From the NCBI GenBank assembly GCA_041663145.1, contig JBAZRG010000002.1, positions 158,618-187,165 of the forward strand: 28,548 nt of DNA, written 5' to 3'. This document shows, piece by piece, positions 18,096 to 26,610 of this stretch. The DNA comes from Minisyncoccota bacterium (GTDB lineage: Bacteria; Patescibacteriota; Minisyncoccia; Phycocordibacterales; PALSA-1337). A program made the translations under genes and the position numbers. A model generated the notes under the pieces. It searched no databases. It was given only the letters and a program-made list of their open reading frames with translations, and was not told the origin of the DNA. Position 1 is the first letter of the stretch. Each line of letters starts with the position of its first letter.

Positions 18096-18138
18096 ATTTA
18101 CAGCAAGTAGGTGGGACATTTCTTCGAACACAAGTACC

Positions 18139-19467
18139 ATGCAAAGAACATATATAAGAGATCTAAAAGAGTTTATAGGTAAAGAAATTAGCATTTCAGG
18201 ATATGTCGATGTACGTCGCAATCAAGGTAAGATGGTGTTTTTCGAATTTCGCGATCGGACGGGCAAGATACAGGGGGTGGTACTTCCTAATAATTCAGAA
18301 GCTCTTGAATCTTCCAAAGAAATACGTTCGGAATGGGTTGTAGAAATAATTGGCATCGTAAATAAACGTCCGCAAAAGAACATTCAAGCCGGAAAGATGA
18401 ACGGGGATATCGAACTTGAGATTAAACATATTAATGTCCTTGGAATAGCCAAAGAACTTCCGTTTGAAAAAGATTCTGAGATTAACATCGATACGTATCT
18501 CGATTACCTTCCACTCACTCTTCGAAGTCAAACACACACGACCGTCTTCAAAGTTCAGGCAGTTATTGCTAAGGCCTTCAGAGACTTCTTTACAAAAGAG
18601 GGTTTTACGGAATTTCAAGCACCGAAATTAATTGGTGATGATGCCGAAGGTGGGGCGAACTCTTTTGATGTTACATATTTCAAACATATCGCACATTTGG
18701 CTCAAAGTCCCCAGTTATATAAACAGATCATGGTCGGCGTATTTGAACGTGTTTTTTCTGTCGGAAACGTATATCGTGCGGAGAAGCATAGTACAACGCG
18801 TCATCTCAATGAATATACCAGTCTAGACATGGAAATGGGCTATATTAAAGATCATTATGATGTCATGAATTCTGAAAATCAATTTTTGCAATATCTTGAA
18901 AATGTTCTTCGTGCCTCTTGTGTTGATGATTTTGCCTTGCTCGGTGCCACTATACCAACGGTCCCGAAAGAAATTCCAAAATTGACCTTACGCGAAGCTC
19001 AAACACTTATCACAACAGATACCGGTAAAGATTGTACAAATGATCCGGATCTTGAGCCTGAACATGAAAGATGGCTTTGTAAGTATGCCGAGAAGAATTT
19101 TAATTCCGACTTTATTTTCGTCACTAATTTTCCGACAGCTAAGCGACCGTTCTATACTTATAGAGATGAAAAAGATCCAACATATACTAAAGGTTTTGAC
19201 CTGCTCTTTCGTGGTGTAGAAATCACTACTGGTGCGCAACGCATCCATAACTACGACGACCTTGTTAGTTCCATGAAAGAGAAGAAGCTTGATCCTGAAA
19301 AGTTCAAATATTATCTTCAAGCTTTCAAATATGGCATGCCTCCACACGGAGGTCTAGGACTTGGGTTGGAGCGCATCACGGCAAAGCTTCTTGGTCTAGA
19401 AAATATCAAGGAAGCCACTCTTTTCCCGAGAGATATTAACAGGATCGATAACCTATTGTCAGAATAG
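18139..19467 (+). CDS. Class IIb aspartyl-tRNA synthetase paralog (archaeal/eukaryotic type), AT-rich copy
   Basis: Start moved to 18139 (MQRTYIRDL...) downstream of the T-box terminator. N-terminal OB anticodon-binding domain; flipping-loop motif LAQSPQLYKQ (AspRS-type QSPQ); motif 2 YRAEKHSTTRHLNEYTSLDME; motif 3 GGLGLGLERITAKLLGLENIKEATLFPRD. GC is far lower than the second copy at 23312. Confidence 0.8.
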   Translation: MQRTYIRDLKEFIGKEISISGYVDVRRNQGKMVFFEFRDRTGKIQGVVLPNNSEALESSKEIRSEWVVEIIGIVNKRPQKNIQAGKMNGDIELEIKHINVLGIAKELPFEKDSEINIDTYLDYLPLTLRSQTHTTVFKVQAVIAKAFRDFFTKEGFTEFQAPKLIGDDAEGGANSFDVTYFKHIAHLAQSPQLYKQIMVGVFERVFSVGNVYRAEKHSTTRHLNEYTSLDMEMGYIKDHYDVMNSENQFLQYLENVLRASCVDDFALLGATIPTVPKEIPKLTLREAQTLITTDTGKDCTNDPDLEPEHERWLCKYAEKNFNSDFIFVTNFPTAKRPFYTYRDEKDPTYTKGFDLLFRGVEITTGAQRIHNYDDLVSSMKEKKLDPEKFKYYLQAFKYGMPPHGGLGLGLERITAKLLGLENIKEATLFPRDINRIDNLLSE

Positions 19468-19503
19468 AGATTAACTATTAAGATAAGCGCATCAAAAATC
19501 ATC

Positions 19504-20241
19504 ATGTATAAACAAGGAATAGAGGTAAAAAGAGAAACAAATTTTGGGATTATTCTTGAGAAGTCCTCATGGTTTTCAATTGTCGAATCTCTTTTCCCGA
19601 AAAGTGAGCGAATCTATTATCCAAATGATCAGGATGAGGTGTTACATATAATCGTGGATGATATTGACATCGCTTTTATCTCTGGTCAAGGTTCAAGCAT
19701 GGTCGCGTGCATGACTGAAAGATTAAGAGTATATGGATCAAAGGCAATAATTAGAATTGGGACATGTGGAGCATTATCGCAAGAAATAAAACTATGGTGT
19801 CCAATTATTACGACAGCATGTTTTAGTAGCGAAGGTACCTCAAAGCATTACTTACCGTGCGGCTATCCTATTATATCTGACTTTAATCTGAATACCCTCC
19901 TCATTAAAAAATTAATTAAAGGAGGTGTTGATTACCAACAAGGTATTACATTAACAACAGATGGTAGATGGCGAGAAGATCCGGTATTGCTCAAACAATT
20001 ATGTCAGCTGGGGGTTATTTCTATTGAAATGGAAACGGCGGCAATTTTATCAGTTTGTCAGTTTAGAAAATTACCTGCAGCTGCAATAAATATTCCAACT
20101 GATTTACCAGCAGACGAGGAAAGTGAAGAAGATTTTAAGGGCATACCAAATCGAGAAACTTATGAATCAGATTTGAGAAAATGTTTAATGAAAATCATTC
20201 CTTTTGCAGTGGAGACCTTAAAAGATTTATATCATAAATAA
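19504..20241 (+). CDS. PNP_UDP_1 family protein, MTA/SAH-nucleosidase-like (Mtn-like)
   Basis: IIRIGTCGALSQ corresponds to the substrate-binding GSAGG loop (NTGSAGG) of MtnN. LTTDGRW carries the catalytic Asp. ISIEMETAAILSVCQ matches the VEMEATAIAHVC motif. It sits 36 nt after the AspRS paralog stop. Confidence 0.6.
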   Translation: MYKQGIEVKRETNFGIILEKSSWFSIVESLFPKSERIYYPNDQDEVLHIIVDDIDIAFISGQGSSMVACMTERLRVYGSKAIIRIGTCGALSQEIKLWCPIITTACFSSEGTSKHYLPCGYPIISDFNLNTLLIKKLIKGGVDYQQGITLTTDGRWREDPVLLKQLCQLGVISIEMETAAILSVCQFRKLPAAAINIPTDLPADEESEEDFKGIPNRETYESDLRKCLMKIIPFAVETLKDLYHK

Positions 20242-20250
20242 ATCAAACAA

Positions 20251-20877
20251 ATGACAATCTGGGCAAACATGATCTATGGTGAAGATGTTAAATTTACTAC
20301 ACCGTTACCAGATAAAGGTTTCCTGACATCCTTTTCAAAAGACATAAGTATTCTTGATGTTGGTTGTGGATATGGAAGAGTTCTAAGTTATTTACAGAGT
20401 TTGGGTTTTACAAATTTGACAGGTTTCGATATATCCTCAAATTACGTATTAGAGGCCAAGAAAAATTGCCAAGATGCAAACCTCTTTGTTTCTGATTTCA
20501 AAAGTTTAAATCTGAATAAGAAATATGATCTAATCTTACTGATGGGGGTTATTGAATATATTCTCACTGATAAAGATCAGGACGCTTTTTTTAGGAAGCT
20601 TTCTGGAGAGCTCTCTACCAATGGATCTGTTTTGCTGGAAACTTTTATTATTGATTTCAAACCAAATTGGAAACAATATATTTTAGGATTTATAAAAACA
20701 TTGCATTTTGGACGGTTTAGAAACAGTAAAGGTTTTGAGTGTCACCATCAGTCGATAAATGGTTTAAGGGTGATATTACAAAAATACTTCATTATTAATT
20801 CAGAGACAGAAAAATGTTATGTAACATGGACCAATAATTATTGCCGTGGGTATAATATTAATTTGAAGAAAAAATAA
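20251..20877 (+). CDS. Small class I SAM-dependent methyltransferase-fold protein
   Basis: Motif I ILDVGCGYGRVLSYL and an acidic post-I residue (GFDIS). 208 aa. The gap to the upstream gene is 9 nt. Confidence 0.7.
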   Translation: MTIWANMIYGEDVKFTTPLPDKGFLTSFSKDISILDVGCGYGRVLSYLQSLGFTNLTGFDISSNYVLEAKKNCQDANLFVSDFKSLNLNKKYDLILLMGVIEYILTDKDQDAFFRKLSGELSTNGSVLLETFIIDFKPNWKQYILGFIKTLHFGRFRNSKGFECHHQSINGLRVILQKYFIINSETEKCYVTWTNNYCRGYNINLKKK

Positions 20878-20881
20878 TTAT

Positions 20882-22960
20882 ATGGAATCAGATTTAGATA
20901 ATTTAATTAAAACTGTTTCAATACAGGAGGAGCGGAAAAGCAGGTGTATAAACCTTATTGCATCAGAAAACATAATCAGTGATAGGGTTAGCCAATTGCA
21001 GGCATCGTTGCTTTCTAATCGGTATATTCTCAATGATTTTCCAAACAATAAAGAACTTTTTGAAATTAAGGAAAAACTGAAATATCATCTTTGCAAAATG
21101 TTTAATGTTAAATATGTCAACATATCGCCGCTTTCGGGTATGAGTTGTATGAGTTTGATTATCAGCAGTCTAACAAACAAAAATGATAACATCTACACGT
21201 TGAAACCTCTTGATGGAGGCCACGCGTCGACCGAAAAAATATGTCACATGTATCATTTGAATATTAACTATTTACCATTTAGTAATATCGATTATCGATT
21301 CAATTTAGAAGAAATAAAGAAAATATTCGAGATAAGAAAACCACGTCTAATATATTTGGATAATACGATCATCAGTTTTTATTCTCCAGTTGATGAGTTG
21401 AAGAAACTTGCAGAAAAATATTATGCTCCGATTGTATATGATGGTTCGCATGTCTTGGGTTTAATCGCTGGTAAGTCGTTTCCGAATCCAATAGAAAACG
21501 GAGCAGATATTTTGAGTGGCAGTACTCATAAAACATTCTTTGGTTCCCAAAAAGGAATCATCTTGACTAATAACCAGGATCTAATAAATAAAATTAATTC
21601 TATATCAAATGATTATATATCTAGTCTTCACACAGGAAGTCTTTTGGCTTTGTATATGAGTGTATTAGAAATGGAAAAATTTGGGAATGAATATGCCATG
21701 CAAGTTGTAAAAAATGCCAAGGCATTGGGGAAAAATCTGGCTATAAATGGGGTTGCAATTCCCACTCTTGAAAAGGGTGTGACTGAAACGCATCAAGTTT
21801 GGATAGACACAGGTAAAGTTGACCCACAAAGAGCATTTGAAATGCTTGCTGAATGTAATATCAATACAAACCCTATTCGGATACCTGCGATACAAAAAGT
21901 TGGACTAAGATTGGGAACTGCGGAAGTGACGAGATTGGGAATGAAAGAAGATGAAATGAAACAGATAGCGAAATTTATTTCTGAAGTATTGATTGGTTCT
22001 AAAGAAAAGAACCTCGTTAAGGAAGATGTAATCAAGTTTAGTGGTAAATATCAAAAAACACTTTTCACTCTAGACAATTATAATAGCAATGTTGATCTTC
22101 CTCTTATGATAAAAGAAAACGAAGTTATTTTAGACCAAAGATTTGAAACACATGATGTAATAAATAATACAACAGTTGTGGGATATGGGGATATTGTGGG
22201 CAAATATGTCAAAGACTTTTTTAGTATAATTCCTGGTTTTCAGGGACTTATTATTCGGGGTGGTGTTGGTAGGGGTACTGCTGATGACTTGTCAGATATT
22301 GATTTCACATGTGTATTTGATTGTGATGATATTGAGAAAATCAAAAAACAATATGGACTTAAAACCGGCATGTATAAATATAATGGAATTATGTTTTCAG
22401 GCCGATATATATCTCTGAATTCGTTTAGAGACAGCTTATGGTCACCTAAAATGAAACATGCTTATTCATATGTGAAGTTGATACATTGTGCCAAAACAAT
22501 TAGTGACATAATAAAAAAGAAAACAAAGATTTCGATTTCAGAACAAAAAAGGAGGTTAGTAGAGAATGTTATTGAGTTGGGAGAAATCTGTAAGGTTTTT
22601 AATGAGTATCACGGTTTTAAAATGTTTTCAGAAATCTATAAACAATATTCAAGAAAAGAATTTTTGGTGGCAAATTTAGAAATTGATAGAGCAGTAAGAT
22701 ATATAAAAAATATAATTTTCGATCTTAACAAAATTAACTATCCTGAGGAAAAAAGTTATTATACTAAGTTCTTTTCCGGTTTACCTAAGCAACCTGACGG
22801 ATTTGATCATCAGATTAAAACCATATTACAAATGCCTCGGGATGATAGAAGTTTTGGAAAACGACTAACACTTCTTGTAATATTAGCCAGAGAGGTTTTG
22901 GGTTATTGTGAAAAATATGTATCTTTACCAAAGGACATATATAAGTTTTACCTGAACTAG
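20882..22960 (+). CDS. Fusion protein: N-terminal SHMT-like fold-type I PLP enzyme plus C-terminal Pol-beta-superfamily nucleotidyltransferase with a helical domain
   Basis: N-terminal half: LIASENIIS (SHMT LIASENFTS), LDGGHAST (SHMT GGHLTHG), YDGSHVLGL (PLP-Asp region DMAHxxGL) and SGSTHKTFFGSQKGIIL (SHMT TTTTHKTLRGPRGG, the PLP lysine). C-terminal half: RGGVGRGTADDLSDIDFTCVF fits the minimal NTase hG[GS]x(9-13)Dh[DE]h motif, followed by a helical substrate-binding-like domain as in ANT/LinB-type nucleotidyltransferases. The gap to the MTase gene is 4 nt. Confidence 0.6.
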   Translation: MESDLDNLIKTVSIQEERKSRCINLIASENIISDRVSQLQASLLSNRYILNDFPNNKELFEIKEKLKYHLCKMFNVKYVNISPLSGMSCMSLIISSLTNKNDNIYTLKPLDGGHASTEKICHMYHLNINYLPFSNIDYRFNLEEIKKIFEIRKPRLIYLDNTIISFYSPVDELKKLAEKYYAPIVYDGSHVLGLIAGKSFPNPIENGADILSGSTHKTFFGSQKGIILTNNQDLINKINSISNDYISSLHTGSLLALYMSVLEMEKFGNEYAMQVVKNAKALGKNLAINGVAIPTLEKGVTETHQVWIDTGKVDPQRAFEMLAECNINTNPIRIPAIQKVGLRLGTAEVTRLGMKEDEMKQIAKFISEVLIGSKEKNLVKEDVIKFSGKYQKTLFTLDNYNSNVDLPLMIKENEVILDQRFETHDVINNTTVVGYGDIVGKYVKDFFSIIPGFQGLIIRGGVGRGTADDLSDIDFTCVFDCDDIEKIKKQYGLKTGMYKYNGIMFSGRYISLNSFRDSLWSPKMKHAYSYVKLIHCAKTISDIIKKKTKISISEQKRRLVENVIELGEICKVFNEYHGFKMFSEIYKQYSRKEFLVANLEIDRAVRYIKNIIFDLNKINYPEEKSYYTKFFSGLPKQPDGFDHQIKTILQMPRDDRSFGKRLTLLVILAREVLGYCEKYVSLPKDIYKFYLN

Positions 22961-23197
22961 TTGAGACTGATGGGATATTCACGGCTTTATCGGTAGCATT
23001 ATTATAAAGAAAGCCATTCGTGGCAACTAGGATATTTAATTACAAGATGACTGATCTATTTCAGTTTATTCAAGATATGGATATCAGAAAAGATAGCTAT
23101 TTTTTCATTGTATGTGGTGAAGTGTCTCCGAGCTATCGAACTCAAGCGGCTTCAAAAGCTGACTAACCTCACATACATATTGCACTCATTAAAAAGC

Positions 23198-23226
23198 TTG
23201 ACAATATTAATATTGTTTGTTACTTT
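23198..23226 (+). promoter_or_regulatory. Sigma70-type promoter for aspS copy 2
   Basis: Perfect -35 TTGACA (23198-23203), 17-nt spacer, then TGt-TACTTT (extended -10 with a weak hexamer). A strong SD GAAAGGAGGTG lies upstream of the ATG at 23312. Confidence 0.4.
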
Positions 23227-23311
23227 ATCATAAGAACTATAAATGGAGTTCATCTTTTTATAGTAGTTATTATGAACAAAATGACCACAACAAATTGAAA
23301 GGAGGTGGCAA

Positions 23312-24616
23312 ATGAATCGCACATTGACTCAATACATACCGGCTTTAATCGGCCAACAAGTAAAAGTTGCGGGCTTTTCACAAGTTATTCGCGACCAAAA
23401 GAAAATGCAGTTTGTGATCCTTAGAGATCAGACGGGGCAGGTTCAGATCTGTCATGAAAAAGGTGGTGACGAGGATGAGTTGAAAAAGACCATCTCTTCA
23501 CTCACCGCTGAATCAGCGGTCACTGTTATCGGTCGCGTGGTCGAAAACAAGGGCGTGAAGCTTGGTGGAGTCGAGATTGTGGCGGAGTCGATTGATGTCT
23601 CAAGCATCGCCATTGTGCCATTACCGATTACGCCGGAATCATCGCTCGATCTGCAGATGGACTGGCGGATGCTTAGCCTGAGACAGCCAGAAAATCTCCT
23701 GATCTTCCAGGTCCAGACGACCATGGAGCAGGCGATGAGGGAGTTCTGGGCTGACAACGGATTCATCGAGGTACATTCGCCGAAGCTTATGGCAACGGCG
23801 AGCGAATCGGGTGCCGAGCTGTTTCAGCTTGAGTACTTCGGACAGAAAGCGACTCTGGCTCAATCGCCACAGTTTTATAAGCAAATGGCGATGGCGGCAG
23901 GGTTTGATCGGATCTTCGAGATCGCGCCTGTATTCCGTGCTAATCCGTCGTTCACATCACGACATGACACCGAGTTTACCTCGGTTGACATGGAGATATC
24001 GTGGGTTGATTCCCATGAAGATCTGATGCATATCGAGGAAACTTGGTTGCATCATGTGGTCAAACGAGTGTCGGAGAAACACGGTAAAGCCATCAAGGAC
24101 ACCTTCGGAGCTGATGTGGTGATTCCTCAGCTTCCATTTCCGAGGGTTACCTTGGCAAATGCGCGAGAGATTCTCGCAAAGCAGGGTCATACCATGGAGC
24201 AAATCACCGACCTCGATCCGCCCGGCGAAAGAGGTTTGGCGGAACACATCAAGAAGGAATTTGGTCACGAGTTTGTTTTCGTGATCGACTACCCGATTGA
24301 TGTGCGGCCGTTCTACCACATGCGTCATGTCGGCAATCCCGGCATCACCAAGAGCTTCGACCTTTTATGGAAGGGGCTTGAAGTGACGACGGGTGCACAG
24401 CGTGAACATCGTGTCGAGACGCTCGAACAGCAGGCACGGGAAAAGGGCTTGGCTCTTGCTCCTCTTGCACACTATATCAACTTCTTTCGTTACGGCTGTC
24501 CACCGCACGGAGGATTTGGCGTGGGACTTACGAGGCTTCTCATGGTTCTCCTTGATCGTAAGAACGTCAGGGAAGTGACCTACCTCTATCGCGGGCCTAA
24601 TCGCCTGACACCGTAA
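23312..24616 (+). CDS. aspS: Aspartyl-tRNA synthetase, archaeal/eukaryotic type (class IIb)
   Basis: OB-fold N-terminus; QSPQFYKQ flipping loop; motif 2 FRANPSFTSRHDTEFTSVDMEI; motif 3 GGFGVGLTRLLMVLLDRKNVREVTYLYRGPNRLTP (compare archaeal AspRS ...FPRDRRRLTP). GC is typical of the surrounding genome. Confidence 0.85.
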   Translation: MNRTLTQYIPALIGQQVKVAGFSQVIRDQKKMQFVILRDQTGQVQICHEKGGDEDELKKTISSLTAESAVTVIGRVVENKGVKLGGVEIVAESIDVSSIAIVPLPITPESSLDLQMDWRMLSLRQPENLLIFQVQTTMEQAMREFWADNGFIEVHSPKLMATASESGAELFQLEYFGQKATLAQSPQFYKQMAMAAGFDRIFEIAPVFRANPSFTSRHDTEFTSVDMEISWVDSHEDLMHIEETWLHHVVKRVSEKHGKAIKDTFGADVVIPQLPFPRVTLANAREILAKQGHTMEQITDLDPPGERGLAEHIKKEFGHEFVFVIDYPIDVRPFYHMRHVGNPGITKSFDLLWKGLEVTTGAQREHRVETLEQQAREKGLALAPLAHYINFFRYGCPPHGGFGVGLTRLLMVLLDRKNVREVTYLYRGPNRLTP

Positions 24617-24639
24617 TTGTTCTTTGGTTAGTTAACACA

Positions 24640-24670
24640 CAGCTAGGATGAAAGTCCTGGCTGTTTTTTT
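24640..24670 (+). terminator. Rho-independent terminator after aspS
   Basis: Stem CAGCTAGG(24640-24647)/CCTGGCTG(24656-24663), 8 bp including one G-U pair, loop ATGAAAGT, then TTTTTTT. Confidence 0.5.
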
Positions 24671-24749
24671 AAAAGGCAAGGCAAAAATTCGTAAGTTCCA
24701 GAATTAATTGCAACACCAGTACGTATGATTTGTGTTAATATGTTGAAAC

Positions 24750-25775
24750 ATGACAAATATTCGATCAAAACAAATCATTGAAAAAGCACCTCTTATCCTA
24801 GAAGAAATTAAGAAAGCTAAATCGATCTTATTACATTGTCACCCTATGCCAGATCCGGATTCGGTTGGTTCGGCATTGGCGATGAAGTTCGTATTGGAAG
24901 GAATGGGTAAGAAAGTTACAGTTATCGAGGGGGATTCGGCTTTACCGGAAGGGTTTAAGCATTTTCCTGGCGCAGGGGATATTATAAAAAAGAAATTTCT
25001 AGAAACCGATCTATCTTCTTTTGATCTATTCATATCTTTAGATAGTGCTCAAATACAAATGATCACTAGACGAGGTGAAGTGATTTTTCCGGAAGGTCTC
25101 AAAGTCATAGCGATCGATCATCACACAACAAACGGTATGTATGGATCTATCAATCTCGTGGATTCCTCGTATCCCGCCAACTGCCAACTGTTATTCGATC
25201 TATTCGAAGAATGGGGAATAAATATGACACCGGATATATCTGCCAATCTGTTTATTGGTATATATGCTGATACGGGAGGATTTCGATATCCAGGAACAAA
25301 TGCAAGAACTTATTTCATCGCTGGCAAACTAGTCGAGATGATACCGGATGTTTCAGCCCTGATAGGTGGCATGATGAATTCAAATTCTCCAGAATTTATC
25401 GCTCTTATGGCTGAAGGATTACGATCTATCGAAGTCTATTTTGATCGTTTCGCGATATCTTCGATACCTTTATCATTTCTGAATCAAAAAAAGATACCAA
25501 TATCCGAAGTCCGAGCCAGTGAAATTGCCTCCTATATGTCTTCTGTGGCAAATTGGGATATAGTTGCATCTGCTGTAGAGATTGAGGTTAATAAAGTAAA
25601 ATTTAGCTTTCGAAGCAAAGACGGCGAAAAATATGACGTGGCAAAATTGGCAGCCACGATGGGTGGCGGCGGACATAAGGCTGCATCCGGTCTCATATTG
25701 TCTCTACCACTTAACGATGCCAAAGAATTGGTGGTTTCAAAAATCAAGGAGCTGTATAATGTGACAAACGTTTGA
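24750..25775 (+). CDS. nrnA: DHH-family phosphoesterase, NrnA-like bifunctional oligoribonuclease/pAp phosphatase
   Basis: DHH motifs LHCHPMPDPDSVGS, AIDHHTTN and DTGGF; DHHA1 motif GGGGHKAASG near the C-terminus. Confidence 0.8.
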   Translation: MTNIRSKQIIEKAPLILEEIKKAKSILLHCHPMPDPDSVGSALAMKFVLEGMGKKVTVIEGDSALPEGFKHFPGAGDIIKKKFLETDLSSFDLFISLDSAQIQMITRRGEVIFPEGLKVIAIDHHTTNGMYGSINLVDSSYPANCQLLFDLFEEWGINMTPDISANLFIGIYADTGGFRYPGTNARTYFIAGKLVEMIPDVSALIGGMMNSNSPEFIALMAEGLRSIEVYFDRFAISSIPLSFLNQKKIPISEVRASEIASYMSSVANWDIVASAVEIEVNKVKFSFRSKDGEKYDVAKLAATMGGGGHKAASGLILSLPLNDAKELVVSKIKELYNVTNV

Positions 25776-25869
25776 GTTTTGTTCTGATATGATAGGTTAT
25801 ATTCAACATTCAAATTGAATTTAGCCTTATAATTTAGCTGTATCTTATTAAAAAAATTATCCTTCAATA

Positions 25870-26562
25870 ATGTCCAACACAAATAAAACAATCATTGGAA
25901 TTGTCGTTGTGGTCGTAGTCTTGGCTGGGATCCAGTGGTACCTGAATACGAGAGATAAAGATGTTTTTAACAGTTATGGAAATGAGTTTAGTTTTGCTTT
26001 GCCTACTCCTATTCCAACTTCAGTCGCAACTTCTATCTCAACATCGACAGCAATAGAGGGTTCTATAAACAATAATCAAACAAAAAATTTCATGAATACA
26101 GTAACAATTGAAACAAATAAAGGCACTATAGTTTTTGAAACTTACGATGCCGACGCGCCAAATACCAGTAAAAACTTCGTGACACTGGCAAATAAAGGCT
26201 ATTATAACGGTGTCATTTTCCATCGTGTAATAAAAGGATTTATGATTCAAGGTGGCGATCCGACTGGAACAGGTAGAGGAGGACCAGGATATCAATTTGC
26301 TGATGAGCTAAATCCAAATACAGACTCGGCCAAAGCAGGATATGTCAGGGGAACAGTCGCCATGGCAAATTCTGGACCAAATACAAATGGCAGTCAGTTC
26401 TTTATCATGCACAAAGATTATCCATTACCACATGACTATACTATTTTTGGTAAAGTGATCTCTGGTATGGATGTCGTAGACAAAATAGCCGAAAGTGCAA
26501 CAAGTGAGGACAGACCGACTACTGATATTGTTATGACTAAGGTCACTGCTGTTCCTAAATAG
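25870..26562 (+). CDS. Cyclophilin-type peptidyl-prolyl cis-trans isomerase with an N-terminal membrane anchor
   Basis: N-terminal TM helix, low-complexity linker, then a cyclophilin core (GYYNGVIFHRVIKGFMIQGGDPTGTGRGGPGYQFADE...MANSGPNTNGSQFFI). Confidence 0.9.
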   Translation: MSNTNKTIIGIVVVVVVLAGIQWYLNTRDKDVFNSYGNEFSFALPTPIPTSVATSISTSTAIEGSINNNQTKNFMNTVTIETNKGTIVFETYDADAPNTSKNFVTLANKGYYNGVIFHRVIKGFMIQGGDPTGTGRGGPGYQFADELNPNTDSAKAGYVRGTVAMANSGPNTNGSQFFIMHKDYPLPHDYTIFGKVISGMDVVDKIAESATSEDRPTTDIVMTKVTAVPK

Positions 26563-26610
26563 AGCGAATGTCGTCGCGAAATAGTGAAAGTTAATTAGTG
26601 AAATAAAATA

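Noticed and set aside
18031-18138. Track start of the AspRS ORF at 18031
   Set aside because: That stretch covers the T-box conserved sequence and its terminator. Translation of it (MAPRQNRPCGFIKINEF...) is non-protein-like. The start was moved to 18139.
17956-23017. 12-mer AAAGAAAGCCAT present at both edges of the AT-rich island (17956-17967 and 23006-23017), considered as target-site duplication
   Set aside because: For a 28.5-kb AT-biased window, tens of coincidental 12-mer matches are expected. The first copy also lies inside the probable T-box stem I region. I mention it only as a weak possibility.
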